From NCBI GenBank assembly GCA_964646855.1, contig CAZYHQ010000001.1, positions 3,414-67,413 of the forward strand: a stretch of 64,000 nucleotides of DNA. The letters run 5' to 3'. The stretch is from an uncultured archaeon. Lineage in GTDB: Archaea > Aenigmatarchaeota > Aenigmatarchaeia > CG10238-14 > SCSR01. Position numbers and translations under genes: made by a program. Positions 38,743 to 49,041 of the stretch are shown piece by piece. Under the pieces are notes generated by a model. It made no database searches. It was not told the DNA's origin and was given only the letters and a program-made list of their open reading frames with translations. Within the stretch, counting starts at the first letter, position 1; every line of letters begins with the position of its first letter.

Positions 38743-39696
38743 ATGAAATTCTCGACACGCCCATTAGTTTTTGTTGGACTTGCAATTTTCGCCTACATAG
38801 TTTATAGTGTTGGCCTTGAAAAGATAATTAATATCTTGACAAAGGTTGACCCCTTCTACCTTTCGATTTCGTTACTTTTCCCCTTGCCCACTATAATTCT
38901 GAAAGCCCTAAGATGGAAATTCATTATAAGTTATCTTAATACAGATTACAATTTCTTAAAATCGATAAAGGTCTGGCTAATTGGTTCCACGCTAGGCATA
39001 ATTACTCCGGGCCACTTGGGAGATTTTTCCCGCAGTTTTTATCTACACAGAGACACAGGAATGAGTTTGGGTAAATCGTTTTCAACAACTGTTTTAGACA
39101 GATTTTTTGACATCGCCGTGCTATTGGTTTTATCAGTTTTTGGAATAATATATATTCTGATTACTTATAGCGTGTCTTTATTCACACCAACCATAGTCGT
39201 AGTTTTTATCTTCTTTGGAATTTTTTTACTTGGCGTAATCAAAAGAAAGTTCATAAGTTTTTTACTCAAACCATTTTTTAATTTTCTTACGCCACAGAAA
39301 TATAAAAGTTCTTTGATAGAAGGTTTCAACGAATTCTACAAGGGGCTGAAAATAATTCTAGAATGGCGAAAATTTGCGGTTTTGTCTGGTCTATCTATAG
39401 TTTCTTGGTTTGTTTCCATACTGCAGGGTCTAATAATTCTAAAAGCATTCGGGATCGACGCACCATTCCTGTTTCTTCTTTCTGTTTTCCCTATAGAGGT
39501 ACTAATTTCTCTTTTGCCAATAACAATCTCTGGGTTTGGAACGAGGGAGCTTACGTTCATTTTCTTTTTCTCAATAATTGGCGTGGCTGCTGACACAGTA
39601 ATAGCATTTTCATTGATCAGCGTTTTTCTAATTTGGGCAATGGTAGCAGTCGGGTTCTTTTTCTGGTATAGAAACCCGATAAAAATTGAGTTATAG
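38743..39696 (+). CDS. flippase-like polytopic membrane protein (lysylphosphatidylglycerol-synthase-TM / UPF0104-like)
   Basis: ~8 TM helices with a topology typical of the family often found beside GT2 genes in archaeal glycosylation loci. Start trimmed to the ATG at 38743. Confidence 0.5.
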   Translation: MKFSTRPLVFVGLAIFAYIVYSVGLEKIINILTKVDPFYLSISLLFPLPTIILKALRWKFIISYLNTDYNFLKSIKVWLIGSTLGIITPGHLGDFSRSFYLHRDTGMSLGKSFSTTVLDRFFDIAVLLVLSVFGIIYILITYSVSLFTPTIVVVFIFFGIFLLGVIKRKFISFLLKPFFNFLTPQKYKSSLIEGFNEFYKGLKIILEWRKFAVLSGLSIVSWFVSILQGLIILKAFGIDAPFLFLLSVFPIEVLISLLPITISGFGTRELTFIFFFSIIGVAADTVIAFSLISVFLIWAMVAVGFFFWYRNPIKIEL

Positions 39697-39704
39697 AAAA
39701 TTTT

Positions 39705-40847
39705 TTATTTCACTTCTCTGCTAACTTTTTCGATAGCACCAAACATTTCTTCCAGTTCTTCTTCAGTCATCTCAGGATACAGTGGTAGTGTGATTATAGA
39801 TTTTGATATTTCCTCTGCAACTGGCAGTGATATCCTGCCAAACAGGTTTGTGTAAAACGGCTGCAAGTGTACCGGCGGATCGTAATGGACGGATGCGCCT
39901 ATGCCGGCCTCCCTCAACTTTTCAAGAAAAGTTCTTCTGTCCTTGCCGACGATTCTGGCTGTGTACATGTGATAACTGTGTTTGTGATTATCCGGTGTGT
40001 TTTGCGGTACAATAAAATCAAACTGCTCGAGGAATTTTGTAATTTTCTGGGCGATTTTAATTCTGTTCTCTATGTTTTCGTTTATCCTTTTCAGCTGTCC
40101 TATTCCCATCGCCGCTTGGAAATTGGTCATCCTGAAATTGAATCCGAGGTCACTTTGGATCCTCTCCCAAGGATATTTTGCATAAGATCGTGCCCACGTT
40201 GATTTGTCTATACCGTGGCCGGCAAACTTCAAAACCTTTTCAGCAATTTCATCTTGGTTGGTTGTCACCATCCCACCCTCACCTGTTGTTATGTGTTTGG
40301 TAGAGAAGAAGGAGAAACACCCGAGCCCGAAACTTCCGGCTTTTTTCCCGCCGAATTCGGCACCAAGTGACTGCGCGACGTCTTCCACTACATGCAAATT
40401 ATTTTTTTCGGTCAATTCGGAGAGCCTTGCCATGTCGCATGTAAGGCCCGCGTAATGAACAGGCACTATCGCTTTTGTTCTGCTTGTCATCTTTTTTCCC
40501 GCATCCTCAATGTCCATGTTGAACGTATCCAATTCGGATTCCACAAAAATTGGTTTCGCTCCGCAATACATGACAGCGTTCGCGGTTGCAACAAATGTAA
40601 AAGAGGGGACTAATACCTCGTCGCCAGGCTTGATGCCGCTTGCCACCAAAGACAAGTACAAAGCCGAAGTGCACGAGTTAACCGACACAGCCCTTTTAAC
40701 ACCAATGTAATTCGCAAAAAGGTTTTCAAACTCTTCGTTCTTATCTCCGTAAGTGAACCAACCGGATTTCAAAACTTCTATTACGTCGTTTATTTCCTTT
40801 TCAGTGATGTTCGGTTTCATTAACGGTATCATGATATCACATTTCAA
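39705..40847 (-). CDS. DegT/DnrJ/EryC1/StrS-family PLP-dependent sugar aminotransferase
   Basis: PLP-lysine region SFFSTKHITTGEGGMV with N-terminal NSCTSALYLSL. 380 aa. Confidence 0.85.
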   Translation of the reverse strand: MKCDIMIPLMKPNITEKEINDVIEVLKSGWFTYGDKNEEFENLFANYIGVKRAVSVNSCTSALYLSLVASGIKPGDEVLVPSFTFVATANAVMYCGAKPIFVESELDTFNMDIEDAGKKMTSRTKAIVPVHYAGLTCDMARLSELTEKNNLHVVEDVAQSLGAEFGGKKAGSFGLGCFSFFSTKHITTGEGGMVTTNQDEIAEKVLKFAGHGIDKSTWARSYAKYPWERIQSDLGFNFRMTNFQAAMGIGQLKRINENIENRIKIAQKITKFLEQFDFIVPQNTPDNHKHSYHMYTARIVGKDRRTFLEKLREAGIGASVHYDPPVHLQPFYTNLFGRISLPVAEEISKSIITLPLYPEMTEEELEEMFGAIEKVSREVK

Positions 40848-40850
40848 TAA

Positions 40851-41873
40851 TCACTCAAAGCGCAGGTCTGCCGCTTTAGCTTCTAACAAATTTTTGTAAC
40901 GTTTAACAGTTTGATATTTCTCACTCTCAAAATCTTCTTTTTTCAGTTCAATTGTTTTCAAATATTCGTGGACCTCTTTCACACCATCTCTGACACTGAT
41001 TTTCGGAGCAAATCCTAAAACATCTTTTATTTTTGTGAAATCCACTTGGTATGTTCTTTGGTCATTGTTGCTGCCAGCGATGCGTACAATCTTTGTGTTT
41101 GACACTTCTTCTGAAACTATTTTTGCAATATCTTGTACTTGGTGATTTTGTGAATCGCCGCCGACATTAAAAATTTGACCACCAACAGATTCAGAATCTG
41201 CCCGCGATGCCAGCAGGAATGCACGCGATATGTCCTTTATGTGCACCAAAGGCCTCCATATAGTTGCTTCGGATGCGAGCTCCAATGTGCTAGTCATAAA
41301 TGCGCGAGCTGTCATGCTGTTAACAACCAAATCAAACCTCATTCTCGGCGAGACGCCAAAAGCTGTAGCACTCCTCAACACGACCGTTTTGAAATTTTTA
41401 TTAGACATATTTAAAATTTCTTTTTCTGATAACAGTTTTGATTTTGCATATGCAGTGAGCGGTTTGCATTCAGAATATTCATTAACCATACCATTGCTCA
41501 CACCATACACAGCGCAACTAGATGAGAACAAAAATTTTTCCACCCCGGACAATTTCGATAATTCAACTAGTTTTTTGGTTGCCAGAAAATTTATTTCATT
41601 TGTAAGTCTCGGGTTCAATTCTCCGGACGGATCGTTCGAGATTGCAGCCAAATGTACTACGACGTCTATACCATTCAAATCATTCTCGGAAATGTCTCTT
41701 ACGTCTTTTATTATTTGTCTAAAATTTTCTCCGAATGTCGTATCAGGCAAGAATTCTTTGAAATGCCCAGCATCTAGGCCAACAACTTCAAAATTATTTG
41801 AAAGAAAAGTCTGTGTTAAAACGTGTCCGATGTAACCTAAATTACCGGTGATTAGAACTCTCATTTTTACCAA
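40851..41873 (-). CDS. NAD-dependent nucleotide-sugar epimerase/dehydratase
   Basis: VLITGNLGYIGHVL Rossmann motif and catalytic YAKSK. 340 aa. Paralog of 45849-46886. Confidence 0.8.
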   Translation of the reverse strand: MVKMRVLITGNLGYIGHVLTQTFLSNNFEVVGLDAGHFKEFLPDTTFGENFRQIIKDVRDISENDLNGIDVVVHLAAISNDPSGELNPRLTNEINFLATKKLVELSKLSGVEKFLFSSSCAVYGVSNGMVNEYSECKPLTAYAKSKLLSEKEILNMSNKNFKTVVLRSATAFGVSPRMRFDLVVNSMTARAFMTSTLELASEATIWRPLVHIKDISRAFLLASRADSESVGGQIFNVGGDSQNHQVQDIAKIVSEEVSNTKIVRIAGSNNDQRTYQVDFTKIKDVLGFAPKISVRDGVKEVHEYLKTIELKKEDFESEKYQTVKRYKNLLEAKAADLRFE

Positions 41874-41880
41874 CTCAAAA

Positions 41881-42972
41881 TCACAAAGCGATGAAGGAAT
41901 TTTCTCCTACAAAAACTTGGCAAGCCTTTGGCAGACTATCCGCAGACGAAACTATTGTAACATTTTTTCCTATCAAGCTGTCAATTATTCTTTGTCCACA
42001 GCTTATTTTTGAATCGCCAATCAAAACACTCGATTCTATTTCTGTATTTTCAATAACACAATTATCTCCTATTGAGGTATACGGTCCAATGTAAGTCTTC
42101 TCACCAATCACACAGTTCTTTCCAATAACTACAGGGCCGCGAACCGAAGAACCACTTTTTATGATAGACCCTTCATCAATCCCAACTTGACCAATAACGT
42201 TTGCCCCTTCTTCGATTATTCCTCTGTTGAATGGCACCAAATCATGCAATAAGAGTCTATTCGCCTCAACGATTCCCTCACGGTCTCCTGGGTCTTTCCA
42301 CCATGCAGCACCAACTATTTCATATGTTACCTTTTTTTCGTTCGTAAGTAAACCTTGTATCGCATCTGTTATCTCGTATTCGTTTCTCCATGAAGGTTTC
42401 AACGTTGCTATCGAATCAAAAATAGAATTGTTCAAAAAATATATCCCAACCAAAGCCAGGTTGCTTATCGGAGTTTTCGGTTTCTCAACGAGTCTGATAA
42501 TTTTCCCGTTGTTTACTTCTACCACACCAAACCTTTCAGGATTAGTAACTTCTTTAAGCAGCAAATGGCCGTCCACATCGTGGGTCGAAAAGTAATCTAC
42601 ATAGTTTTTAATTCCACCTCGCAGAATATTGTCTCCGAGATGGACGACAAACTTACCACCGCTGTTGTTAGTAGTCAAAAATTCTTTTCCTGTTGCAACC
42701 GCGTGAGCGAGTCCGCGAGCCGCATCCTGCTCTATGTAAGTTGCCTTGATGCCGAATTTCGAGCCGTCGCCAATGGCATCTTTTATTTCCTGTATCCTCT
42801 GCGGCGTGTGGCCAACAATTATTCCTATGTCAGTAATCCCAGCTTCCTTTAGGGTTTCTATTGCATAGTGAATCATTGGTTTGTTTGCCAAAGGAAGCAA
42901 GTGCTTGTTGCTGGTATGCGTTAGAGGTCGCAATCTTGTTCCAGTCCCTCCAGACAAAATCAAACCTTTCAT
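41881..42972 (-). CDS. bifunctional sugar-1-phosphate nucleotidyltransferase with C-terminal left-handed beta-helix (acyl/acetyltransferase) domain
   Basis: N-terminal GLILSGGTGTRLRPLT; C-terminal hexapeptide repeats (VIGKNCVIGEKTYIGPYTSIGDNCVIENTEIESSVLIGD). Start at the ATG at 42972. Confidence 0.75.
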   Translation of the reverse strand: MKGLILSGGTGTRLRPLTHTSNKHLLPLANKPMIHYAIETLKEAGITDIGIIVGHTPQRIQEIKDAIGDGSKFGIKATYIEQDAARGLAHAVATGKEFLTTNNSGGKFVVHLGDNILRGGIKNYVDYFSTHDVDGHLLLKEVTNPERFGVVEVNNGKIIRLVEKPKTPISNLALVGIYFLNNSIFDSIATLKPSWRNEYEITDAIQGLLTNEKKVTYEIVGAAWWKDPGDREGIVEANRLLLHDLVPFNRGIIEEGANVIGQVGIDEGSIIKSGSSVRGPVVIGKNCVIGEKTYIGPYTSIGDNCVIENTEIESSVLIGDSKISCGQRIIDSLIGKNVTIVSSADSLPKACQVFVGENSFIAL

Positions 42973-43072
42973 ATCAACAACTTTCTGAGAAAAATATAAA
43001 CTTTTGGTTTTTAAAGTTAAGTGAATCTCTGATTCTAACAAGTTATTTAACCGCATATTTCATCTAAAATTT

Positions 43073-43924
43073 ATGAAAAAAATTTTAGTAACAGGAGGAA
43101 ACGGTTACATCGGTTCAAAACTTGCAACAGTTCTAAAAGAAAAAGGATACGAAGTGGAGACATTTGATCAGCCAAAAGACATTCGGAGCAAAACAGAAGT
43201 TGAAGAAGCAGTTAAAGGAAAAGACATAGTCTACCATTTAGCCGCAGTGACGAATCACAGTTGGATGGATGCACACCCATCAGAAACATTCGACGTCAAC
43301 ATTGTTGGAACAAAAAATGTTGCGGAAGCGTGTGCAGCCAACAAAGTTCTTTTAAATTTCATATCGACTTGTAGCATTTTTGAAGATTCATTGGAATCTC
43401 CCACTGATGTGTACGCAGCTAGCAAAGCTGCCGGCGAATGGGTAGTAAAAGCATGGCATATCTCAACAGGAGTTGAGTATAATATTTTAAGAGTGGACAC
43501 TGTATACGGACTAAGCATAGATAACAAAATGAGGACCGACACATGTATTCCAGTGTTTTTGGAACATGCAATCAGAAACAAAAAACTACCTATATTTGGA
43601 ACTGGAAAAGAGACCAGAAACTATCTGCACATCGATGATGTAATTGATGCATTGGTTGCTGTGTTAGAGAAAGAGGTAAAAAATGAAACTATCAACCTAT
43701 CTGGTGTAGAACAAATTTCAGTTCTTGACGTGGCACGCACGGCATTAAAATCAGCTGGAATGCCAGAAGATTCCGTTGAGTTTTATCCGCCAAGAAAAAA
43801 CAGCTTTAGTTATCCAGTTATCAGCATTGAAAGGGCAAAGAAACTTCTTGGATGGTATCCTAAAATTAGCTTTGAACAGGGAATGTCAAATCTGTATAAT
43901 TTGCTAAAAAATACAAAATCGTAA
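43073..43924 (+). CDS. short NAD-dependent epimerase/dehydratase
   Basis: KILVTGGNGYIGSKL and YAASK motifs. 283 aa. Confidence 0.7.
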   Translation: MKKILVTGGNGYIGSKLATVLKEKGYEVETFDQPKDIRSKTEVEEAVKGKDIVYHLAAVTNHSWMDAHPSETFDVNIVGTKNVAEACAANKVLLNFISTCSIFEDSLESPTDVYAASKAAGEWVVKAWHISTGVEYNILRVDTVYGLSIDNKMRTDTCIPVFLEHAIRNKKLPIFGTGKETRNYLHIDDVIDALVAVLEKEVKNETINLSGVEQISVLDVARTALKSAGMPEDSVEFYPPRKNSFSYPVISIERAKKLLGWYPKISFEQGMSNLYNLLKNTKS

Positions 43925-43934
43925 TTTAATTACA

Positions 43935-44960
43935 TCATACGTCAGCAAATTCCTTCAGGTAAACTTTTCTATTTTCTGCTGCAGACAACCTCACGGCTTC
44001 CATTAACTTTGCCTGGGCTAGAATGTTTTTGTATACATCGGAAATTTTTTGTATATTCTTGCTCAATACTGTGTTGCAAAAATCTCTAAAAATAATCTCG
44101 AAGTGGTTTGCCGCCTGCACTTTTACCGAAGTGATTACGTCTTTCGCGGTCTCGTTGTGCAAGATTTCTACCGGAGGTTCCAAGTTCGCAGGTATGCTAT
44201 ATGCACGGTTGACCCTAACAAGACCTTTCTCACCCCAGACAGTGTAATTGTTTTGATAAACCTGGTTGAACCCGAAGGAGCAGAATGCAACCTTGTTGTT
44301 TGGAAATTCGACATAAGCAGAACCCTGTACGTCTACACCAGTCTCACTGTCAATAACAAGGTTCGCGGTGACAGCAACAGGTTCGCCTTCCAACATTTTT
44401 CTGGCCATAAAAAGCGTGTAAGAACCTGCATCGTTCAAGCTACCGCCTCCCAATTTTTTGTCATAACGGAAATTTTTTTTGTCAAGCGGAGGAAAACCAA
44501 AATATCCCTTGAACACAAAAGGCTCGCCTATCTCACCTTCATGTATGAGCGACAGAACTTTTGCGTGCTGAGGATGGAATCCGCACATAAAATTTTCATA
44601 TAGAGCAACACCGTTAGATTTACAGGCTTCAATCATTTTCACTGCAGATGAAAAACTGCCTGTTAAAGACTTCTCGCACAACACATGCTTTCCTGCAGAT
44701 GCAGCTTTGATGACCCATTCCTCATGCAGGCCCACAGGAAGCGGTATGTATACAGCATCTATGTCAGTCCTCTGCAATACAGCATCATAAGATTTTTCCG
44801 CAGATATTCCATGGCGTTTTGCACACTCTTCAGCCTTTTTAGGATTCCTGCTCGCAACGCAAATCAATTCCGCGTTATCGATGAACTTGAATGCGTTTAT
44901 CGAATATTTTTCTGCTATAGCTGCGCATCCCAAAATCCCAATTCGAACTTTTCCTGCCAT
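43935..44960 (-). CDS. Gfo/Idh/MocA-family oxidoreductase (nucleotide-sugar 3-dehydrogenase-like)
   Basis: N-terminal NAD Rossmann (IGILGCAAIAEKY) and the typical EKP-like motif (CEKS). 341 aa. Confidence 0.8.
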   Translation of the reverse strand: MAGKVRIGILGCAAIAEKYSINAFKFIDNAELICVASRNPKKAEECAKRHGISAEKSYDAVLQRTDIDAVYIPLPVGLHEEWVIKAASAGKHVLCEKSLTGSFSSAVKMIEACKSNGVALYENFMCGFHPQHAKVLSLIHEGEIGEPFVFKGYFGFPPLDKKNFRYDKKLGGGSLNDAGSYTLFMARKMLEGEPVAVTANLVIDSETGVDVQGSAYVEFPNNKVAFCSFGFNQVYQNNYTVWGEKGLVRVNRAYSIPANLEPPVEILHNETAKDVITSVKVQAANHFEIIFRDFCNTVLSKNIQKISDVYKNILAQAKLMEAVRLSAAENRKVYLKEFADV

Positions 44961-44968
44961 AACAAAAA

Positions 44969-45712
44969 CTACAGAAGAGCGAACACTTCGCGTGCCAGTG
45001 AGTTAACCACACCATCCATCCTCAGCAGTTTTTTAATCTGTGGTAATGTCAGCCAGATAAACTCTTCTGGCGCTTTTACATCTTCGTTTTCATTAACTTC
45101 AACCAACACGCTTCTGTTTGTTTTCAAATAAAATCGTCCGCCATCCTCCACACCTTCGGCGGAATATAAAACTCTACCCTTTCCACCTTCTTCAAAATAT
45201 TCAGCCAGTAAAGGTTTCTTTCCACCATGAACCAACTTCAAATTGCTTTGAGTCGCTTGTAACGCAGGAGAAAGTTGCAGATTCGGGTTGTTGCCAGGTT
45301 CGAATTTCGCATTCAGCAAATAATGTCTAACACCATTTATTTTTTTTGTGATGACACCCAAAATCCCACACTCAGCTTGTTTCATCATCGGTTGCGTCCA
45401 CGACGACACTTCACGATTTCCGGCCCCAGTCACGCGAACACCAATGATTTGAAAAAACCTTCCAGACTCGTGCGTTATCCAGCCTGTTTTTGGATCAACA
45501 TGCCACTTGTCCAATTCATTTATCCCAACTTCCTCAACCTTGGCAGGATATTTTTTTCTCTGTTCTTCTAACCACTGCAACACGCCTGTAATGTCAGACT
45601 TATCCTGCGCTAGCGTCATTTCTGCCAATCGCTCTGCAGCAACGGCAACTTCGTCAGTTACTTTGTACCCTTTTTGTTGTATGAACTGTACGATTTCCTC
45701 TTGCAAACCCAT
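44969..45712 (-). CDS. NDP-hexose 2,3-dehydratase-like protein (single-domain; tentative)
   Basis: The segment LLNAKFEPGNNPNLQLSPALQATQSNLKLVHGG recalls the conserved core of EvaA/TylX3-type hexose 2,3-dehydratase domains. Only 247 aa, whereas canonical enzymes have two such domains. Confidence 0.4.
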   Translation of the reverse strand: MGLQEEIVQFIQQKGYKVTDEVAVAAERLAEMTLAQDKSDITGVLQWLEEQRKKYPAKVEEVGINELDKWHVDPKTGWITHESGRFFQIIGVRVTGAGNREVSSWTQPMMKQAECGILGVITKKINGVRHYLLNAKFEPGNNPNLQLSPALQATQSNLKLVHGGKKPLLAEYFEEGGKGRVLYSAEGVEDGGRFYLKTNRSVLVEVNENEDVKAPEEFIWLTLPQIKKLLRMDGVVNSLAREVFALL

Positions 45713-45848
45713 TTCTATCTCAAATTTATTTGAGTCCGTGTTTTAAAAACCATCTGAACCAATGGTATTCTACCAAAAGTCCATTCGTTCAATAATTTCT
45801 TAAACACAATTTTCGTACAAATAAATCAGCTAAGTCTAAGTATTTCGA

Positions 45849-46886
45849 GTGAATATCATGAGCACTGTACTGGTTACCGGCGGAGCAGGTTACATCGGTT
45901 CTGTGTTGGTCAGAAAACTTCTTGACGAGGGCTTTAAGGTGAAGTGTCTTGACAGGTTCTTTTTCGGCATGGAATCTGTCAGCGAGCTGTTGGGTAACAG
46001 CAATTTTCAGGTAATCAAGGACGATATAAGATGGTTCAATCCGAAAATTTTGGAAGGCGTAGATTGTGTGATGGACCTGGCTGCAATTTCGAACGACCCG
46101 GCAAGCGAACTCGATCCTTCAAAGACGTACGACATCAATTTTGTGGGAAGAGTCAGAGTTGCGAACCTGAGCAAGAAGTACGGCGTCAGCAAGTACGTAC
46201 TTGCATCAACGTGCAGCGTTTACGGCGCGAAAGATCACAACGAAGTGTCAAACGAGAAATCCGAGCCCAACCCGCTCACTACATATTCAAAGGCAAATCT
46301 GATGGCAGAGAAAGAGATATTGCCGTTTGCTGACAACAAATTTTCTGTTACAGTTTTGAGGCAGGCAACAATTTACGGAGTCTCTCCACGCATGAGATTC
46401 GACATTGCGATAAACGCAATGGTTTTGAACGTGATGAAAAGTAAAAAACTTATGCTGATGCGCGATGGCACCCAGTGGAGACCGTTCGTCCACATAGCAG
46501 ACACATCAAGTGCATTCTTGGCAGTTGCAAATAGTTCTGTGGATACGGTGAACGGTCAGACATTCAATGTCGGCTCGAATGATCAAAATATTCAGGTGAA
46601 TGTTTTGCCGGAATTGGTAAAAAGTTCTCTGCCTATTGATTTTGAAATCGAATGGTATGGAAGTCCTGATACAAGATCTTACAGAGTTGACTTCGATAAG
46701 ATCGCCGAAATGCTTCACTTCAAGCCAAAGTTCTCACCCAAAGACGGAATCAAAGAGATTCATGATGCGATATCTTCAAATAAGATTTCTGATACGCTGA
46801 AGACCAGAACTGTTGATTGGTACAAGCATCTGATTGAGTCGGACAAACTTATTAAGGGCGTATCCATTAACTCTCAAATTTTGTGA
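45849..46886 (+). CDS. NAD-dependent nucleotide-sugar epimerase/dehydratase
   Basis: VLVTGGAGYIGS and YSKANLMAEK motifs. 345 aa. Confidence 0.75.
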   Translation: MNIMSTVLVTGGAGYIGSVLVRKLLDEGFKVKCLDRFFFGMESVSELLGNSNFQVIKDDIRWFNPKILEGVDCVMDLAAISNDPASELDPSKTYDINFVGRVRVANLSKKYGVSKYVLASTCSVYGAKDHNEVSNEKSEPNPLTTYSKANLMAEKEILPFADNKFSVTVLRQATIYGVSPRMRFDIAINAMVLNVMKSKKLMLMRDGTQWRPFVHIADTSSAFLAVANSSVDTVNGQTFNVGSNDQNIQVNVLPELVKSSLPIDFEIEWYGSPDTRSYRVDFDKIAEMLHFKPKFSPKDGIKEIHDAISSNKISDTLKTRTVDWYKHLIESDKLIKGVSINSQIL

Positions 46887-46890
46887 TATT

Positions 46891-48057
46891 ATGAAAGTTC
46901 TGATGATATCAAGAAAATTTGGGCCTCTACCGCAGATGTCATTCGGTCCGTTCCCTATGGTTTACAAACTTGTCAAGGGTCTGAATGAAAAGATAGACAT
47001 CGCAGTTTTATCTTCACATCGCGGTTTACCTGGAAAAGAAAGTGTGGAAGGCGTTGACGTATACAGGACTTTCTTTCCTCCCATAGATGACATGACAAAA
47101 TTATTTTTCATGCCGCATGCATTTTTTGAAAACGGTTTTGTCGGTAAATTCTCGCCAGAAGTATTGCACTCTCAAGATGTGGAGGGTGCAGCAGTTTTCA
47201 AGAAATATAAAAACACGAGTATGAAAAAAATTTTTGCGGTGAAATCCGCAGTATCGTTCAGAACCAAAAACAGGAGCCCAGATTATGGAACAAAGCAAAA
47301 GATTTACAGCAAGACTTTGGGTTTCTGGGAAAAAGTAATCATAGAAAATTCAGACTACTTCATCACGCCTGTGAATTTTTTGAAGCGCGAAATAAGCGAA
47401 CACTACGGAATAGACGATAGCAGATTCTTCAACATCAAAAACGGAACGTTCACAGATTTGTTCACGCCTCATGTGGATGACAGCAAACTCAGAAAGAAAT
47501 TGGGGTTGGGTAACGAAACAGTTTTTTTCAGCACATCTGCAGGATGGAGAAAGGGTTTTGACGCCCTGCTGAAGTCATTCAACATAATCAAAAAAGATTG
47601 CGACGACGCAAAACTTGTTGTTGCCGGCGCATCAAGCTTGGGCACATTTGAAAAATTTGTTGACACAAATGTCGTGGATTCGAAAGAGGATATAATTCTT
47701 GTTGGATATGTCAGCAATTACGATTTTCCGATGTACTACAACATGGCAAAACTTTTCTTGTTCCCGTCATTCATGGAGACACAACCTAACACACTAATAG
47801 AATCTTTGTCGTGCGGTACACCGGTCGTCACGTTCAATTCAGGGGGTTGCCCAGAATTGGTTTCGAAAAATGAGGGAGCCATTGTCAGGGTTGGGGACAC
47901 GGAAGGATTTGCAGAAGCAACTCTCAAACTATTGGACAACAAATCAAGACTAAGAAAATTGGAAGCTAATTGCAGAAAGCGGGCGTTGAGAGATTACACA
48001 ATCGAGAAGTCTGTTAACGAACACATTAAGATGTACGAAAGTGTTTTGAGCAGCTAG
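46891..48057 (+). CDS. GT4 (GT-B) glycosyltransferase
   Basis: C-terminal region [23 protein letters not shown] (E-x7-E-like). Start at the ATG at 46891. Confidence 0.75.
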   Translation: MKVLMISRKFGPLPQMSFGPFPMVYKLVKGLNEKIDIAVLSSHRGLPGKESVEGVDVYRTFFPPIDDMTKLFFMPHAFFENGFVGKFSPEVLHSQDVEGAAVFKKYKNTSMKKIFAVKSAVSFRTKNRSPDYGTKQKIYSKTLGFWEKVIIENSDYFITPVNFLKREISEHYGIDDSRFFNIKNGTFTDLFTPHVDDSKLRKKLGLGNETVFFSTSAGWRKGFDALLKSFNIIKKDCDDAKLVVAGASSLGTFEKFVDTNVVDSKEDIILVGYVSNYDFPMYYNMAKLFLFPSFMETQPNTLIESLSCGTPVVTFNSGGCPELVSKNEGAIVRVGDTEGFAEATLKLLDNKSRLRKLEANCRKRALRDYTIEKSVNEHIKMYESVLSS

Positions 48058-49023
48058 ATGTTTATGGGCGAAAAAATTTTAGTTACTGGCGGAGCAGGCT
48101 TCGTTGGCAGCCATATATGCGAACGGCTTGTTGCAGAAGGCAAAGAGATAGTTATAGTCGACAATCTGCATAATTTTTACGATCCTAAAATAAAACTGTC
48201 CAATTTGAAAGGCCTTGCTCAAAACCCAAATGTAACGATTTTGAATGCCGACATTCGCGATGCTAACATTCAATCCGAGCTGAGTAAGTTCGAAATAAGT
48301 TCTGTACTCCATGTCGCGGCTATTGCAGGTGTCAGGCCGTCCATGCTGAATCCTGGGGAGTACATAGACATCAACGTGAAAGGAACGCTGAACATCTTGG
48401 AATTTGCGAGGAAAGCAGATGCAGACAAGTTCATTTTCTCTTCATCTTCATCAGTTTATGGCGATGTCCCCTTATCAGAGTTGCCAGTGGCAGAGACGGT
48501 GGAGCCAAAACCAATCTCACCTTACGCAGCTTCAAAACTCGGAGCCGAGATACTTTGCAACACCTACTTAAAAACATTCGGGCTCGATACAACAATCTTG
48601 CGATACTTTACTGTATACGGCCCTAGGCAAAGGCCGGATGAAGCGATATCAAAATTCACTTCTCTTATTCTGAAAAACCAGCCGATAGAAATTTTCGGCA
48701 ACGGAGAGCAGCAGAGGGATTTCACGTATGTGTCGGATGCAGTCGAAGGAACGCTGCTAGCACTGCGCAGCAAGAACTGCAGCGGCGAAACGATTAACAT
48801 AGCAGGAGGAAAAAGAATTTCTGTCAACGAACTTGTAAAAATAATTTCAAATATCCTAGGCTCACAACCAAGGATAATTTTTTCGGACAAGAAAGCTGGC
48901 GAGGCGTCTAACACGCACGCAGACATATCAAAAGCGGAAAAGATTTTGGGCTACAAACCGAAAGTTAGTATGGAAGAAGGAATTAGGAATTTTGTTCAAT
49001 GGTTCAAGAGTCAGCAGATATAA
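48058..49023 (+). CDS. NAD-dependent nucleotide-sugar 4-epimerase-like SDR
   Basis: [13 protein letters not shown] and YAASKLGAE motifs. 321 aa. Confidence 0.8.
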   Translation: MFMGEKILVTGGAGFVGSHICERLVAEGKEIVIVDNLHNFYDPKIKLSNLKGLAQNPNVTILNADIRDANIQSELSKFEISSVLHVAAIAGVRPSMLNPGEYIDINVKGTLNILEFARKADADKFIFSSSSSVYGDVPLSELPVAETVEPKPISPYAASKLGAEILCNTYLKTFGLDTTILRYFTVYGPRQRPDEAISKFTSLILKNQPIEIFGNGEQQRDFTYVSDAVEGTLLALRSKNCSGETINIAGGKRISVNELVKIISNILGSQPRIIFSDKKAGEASNTHADISKAEKILGYKPKVSMEEGIRNFVQWFKSQQI

Positions 49024-49041
49024 TTTTATTTATGAATTTTT

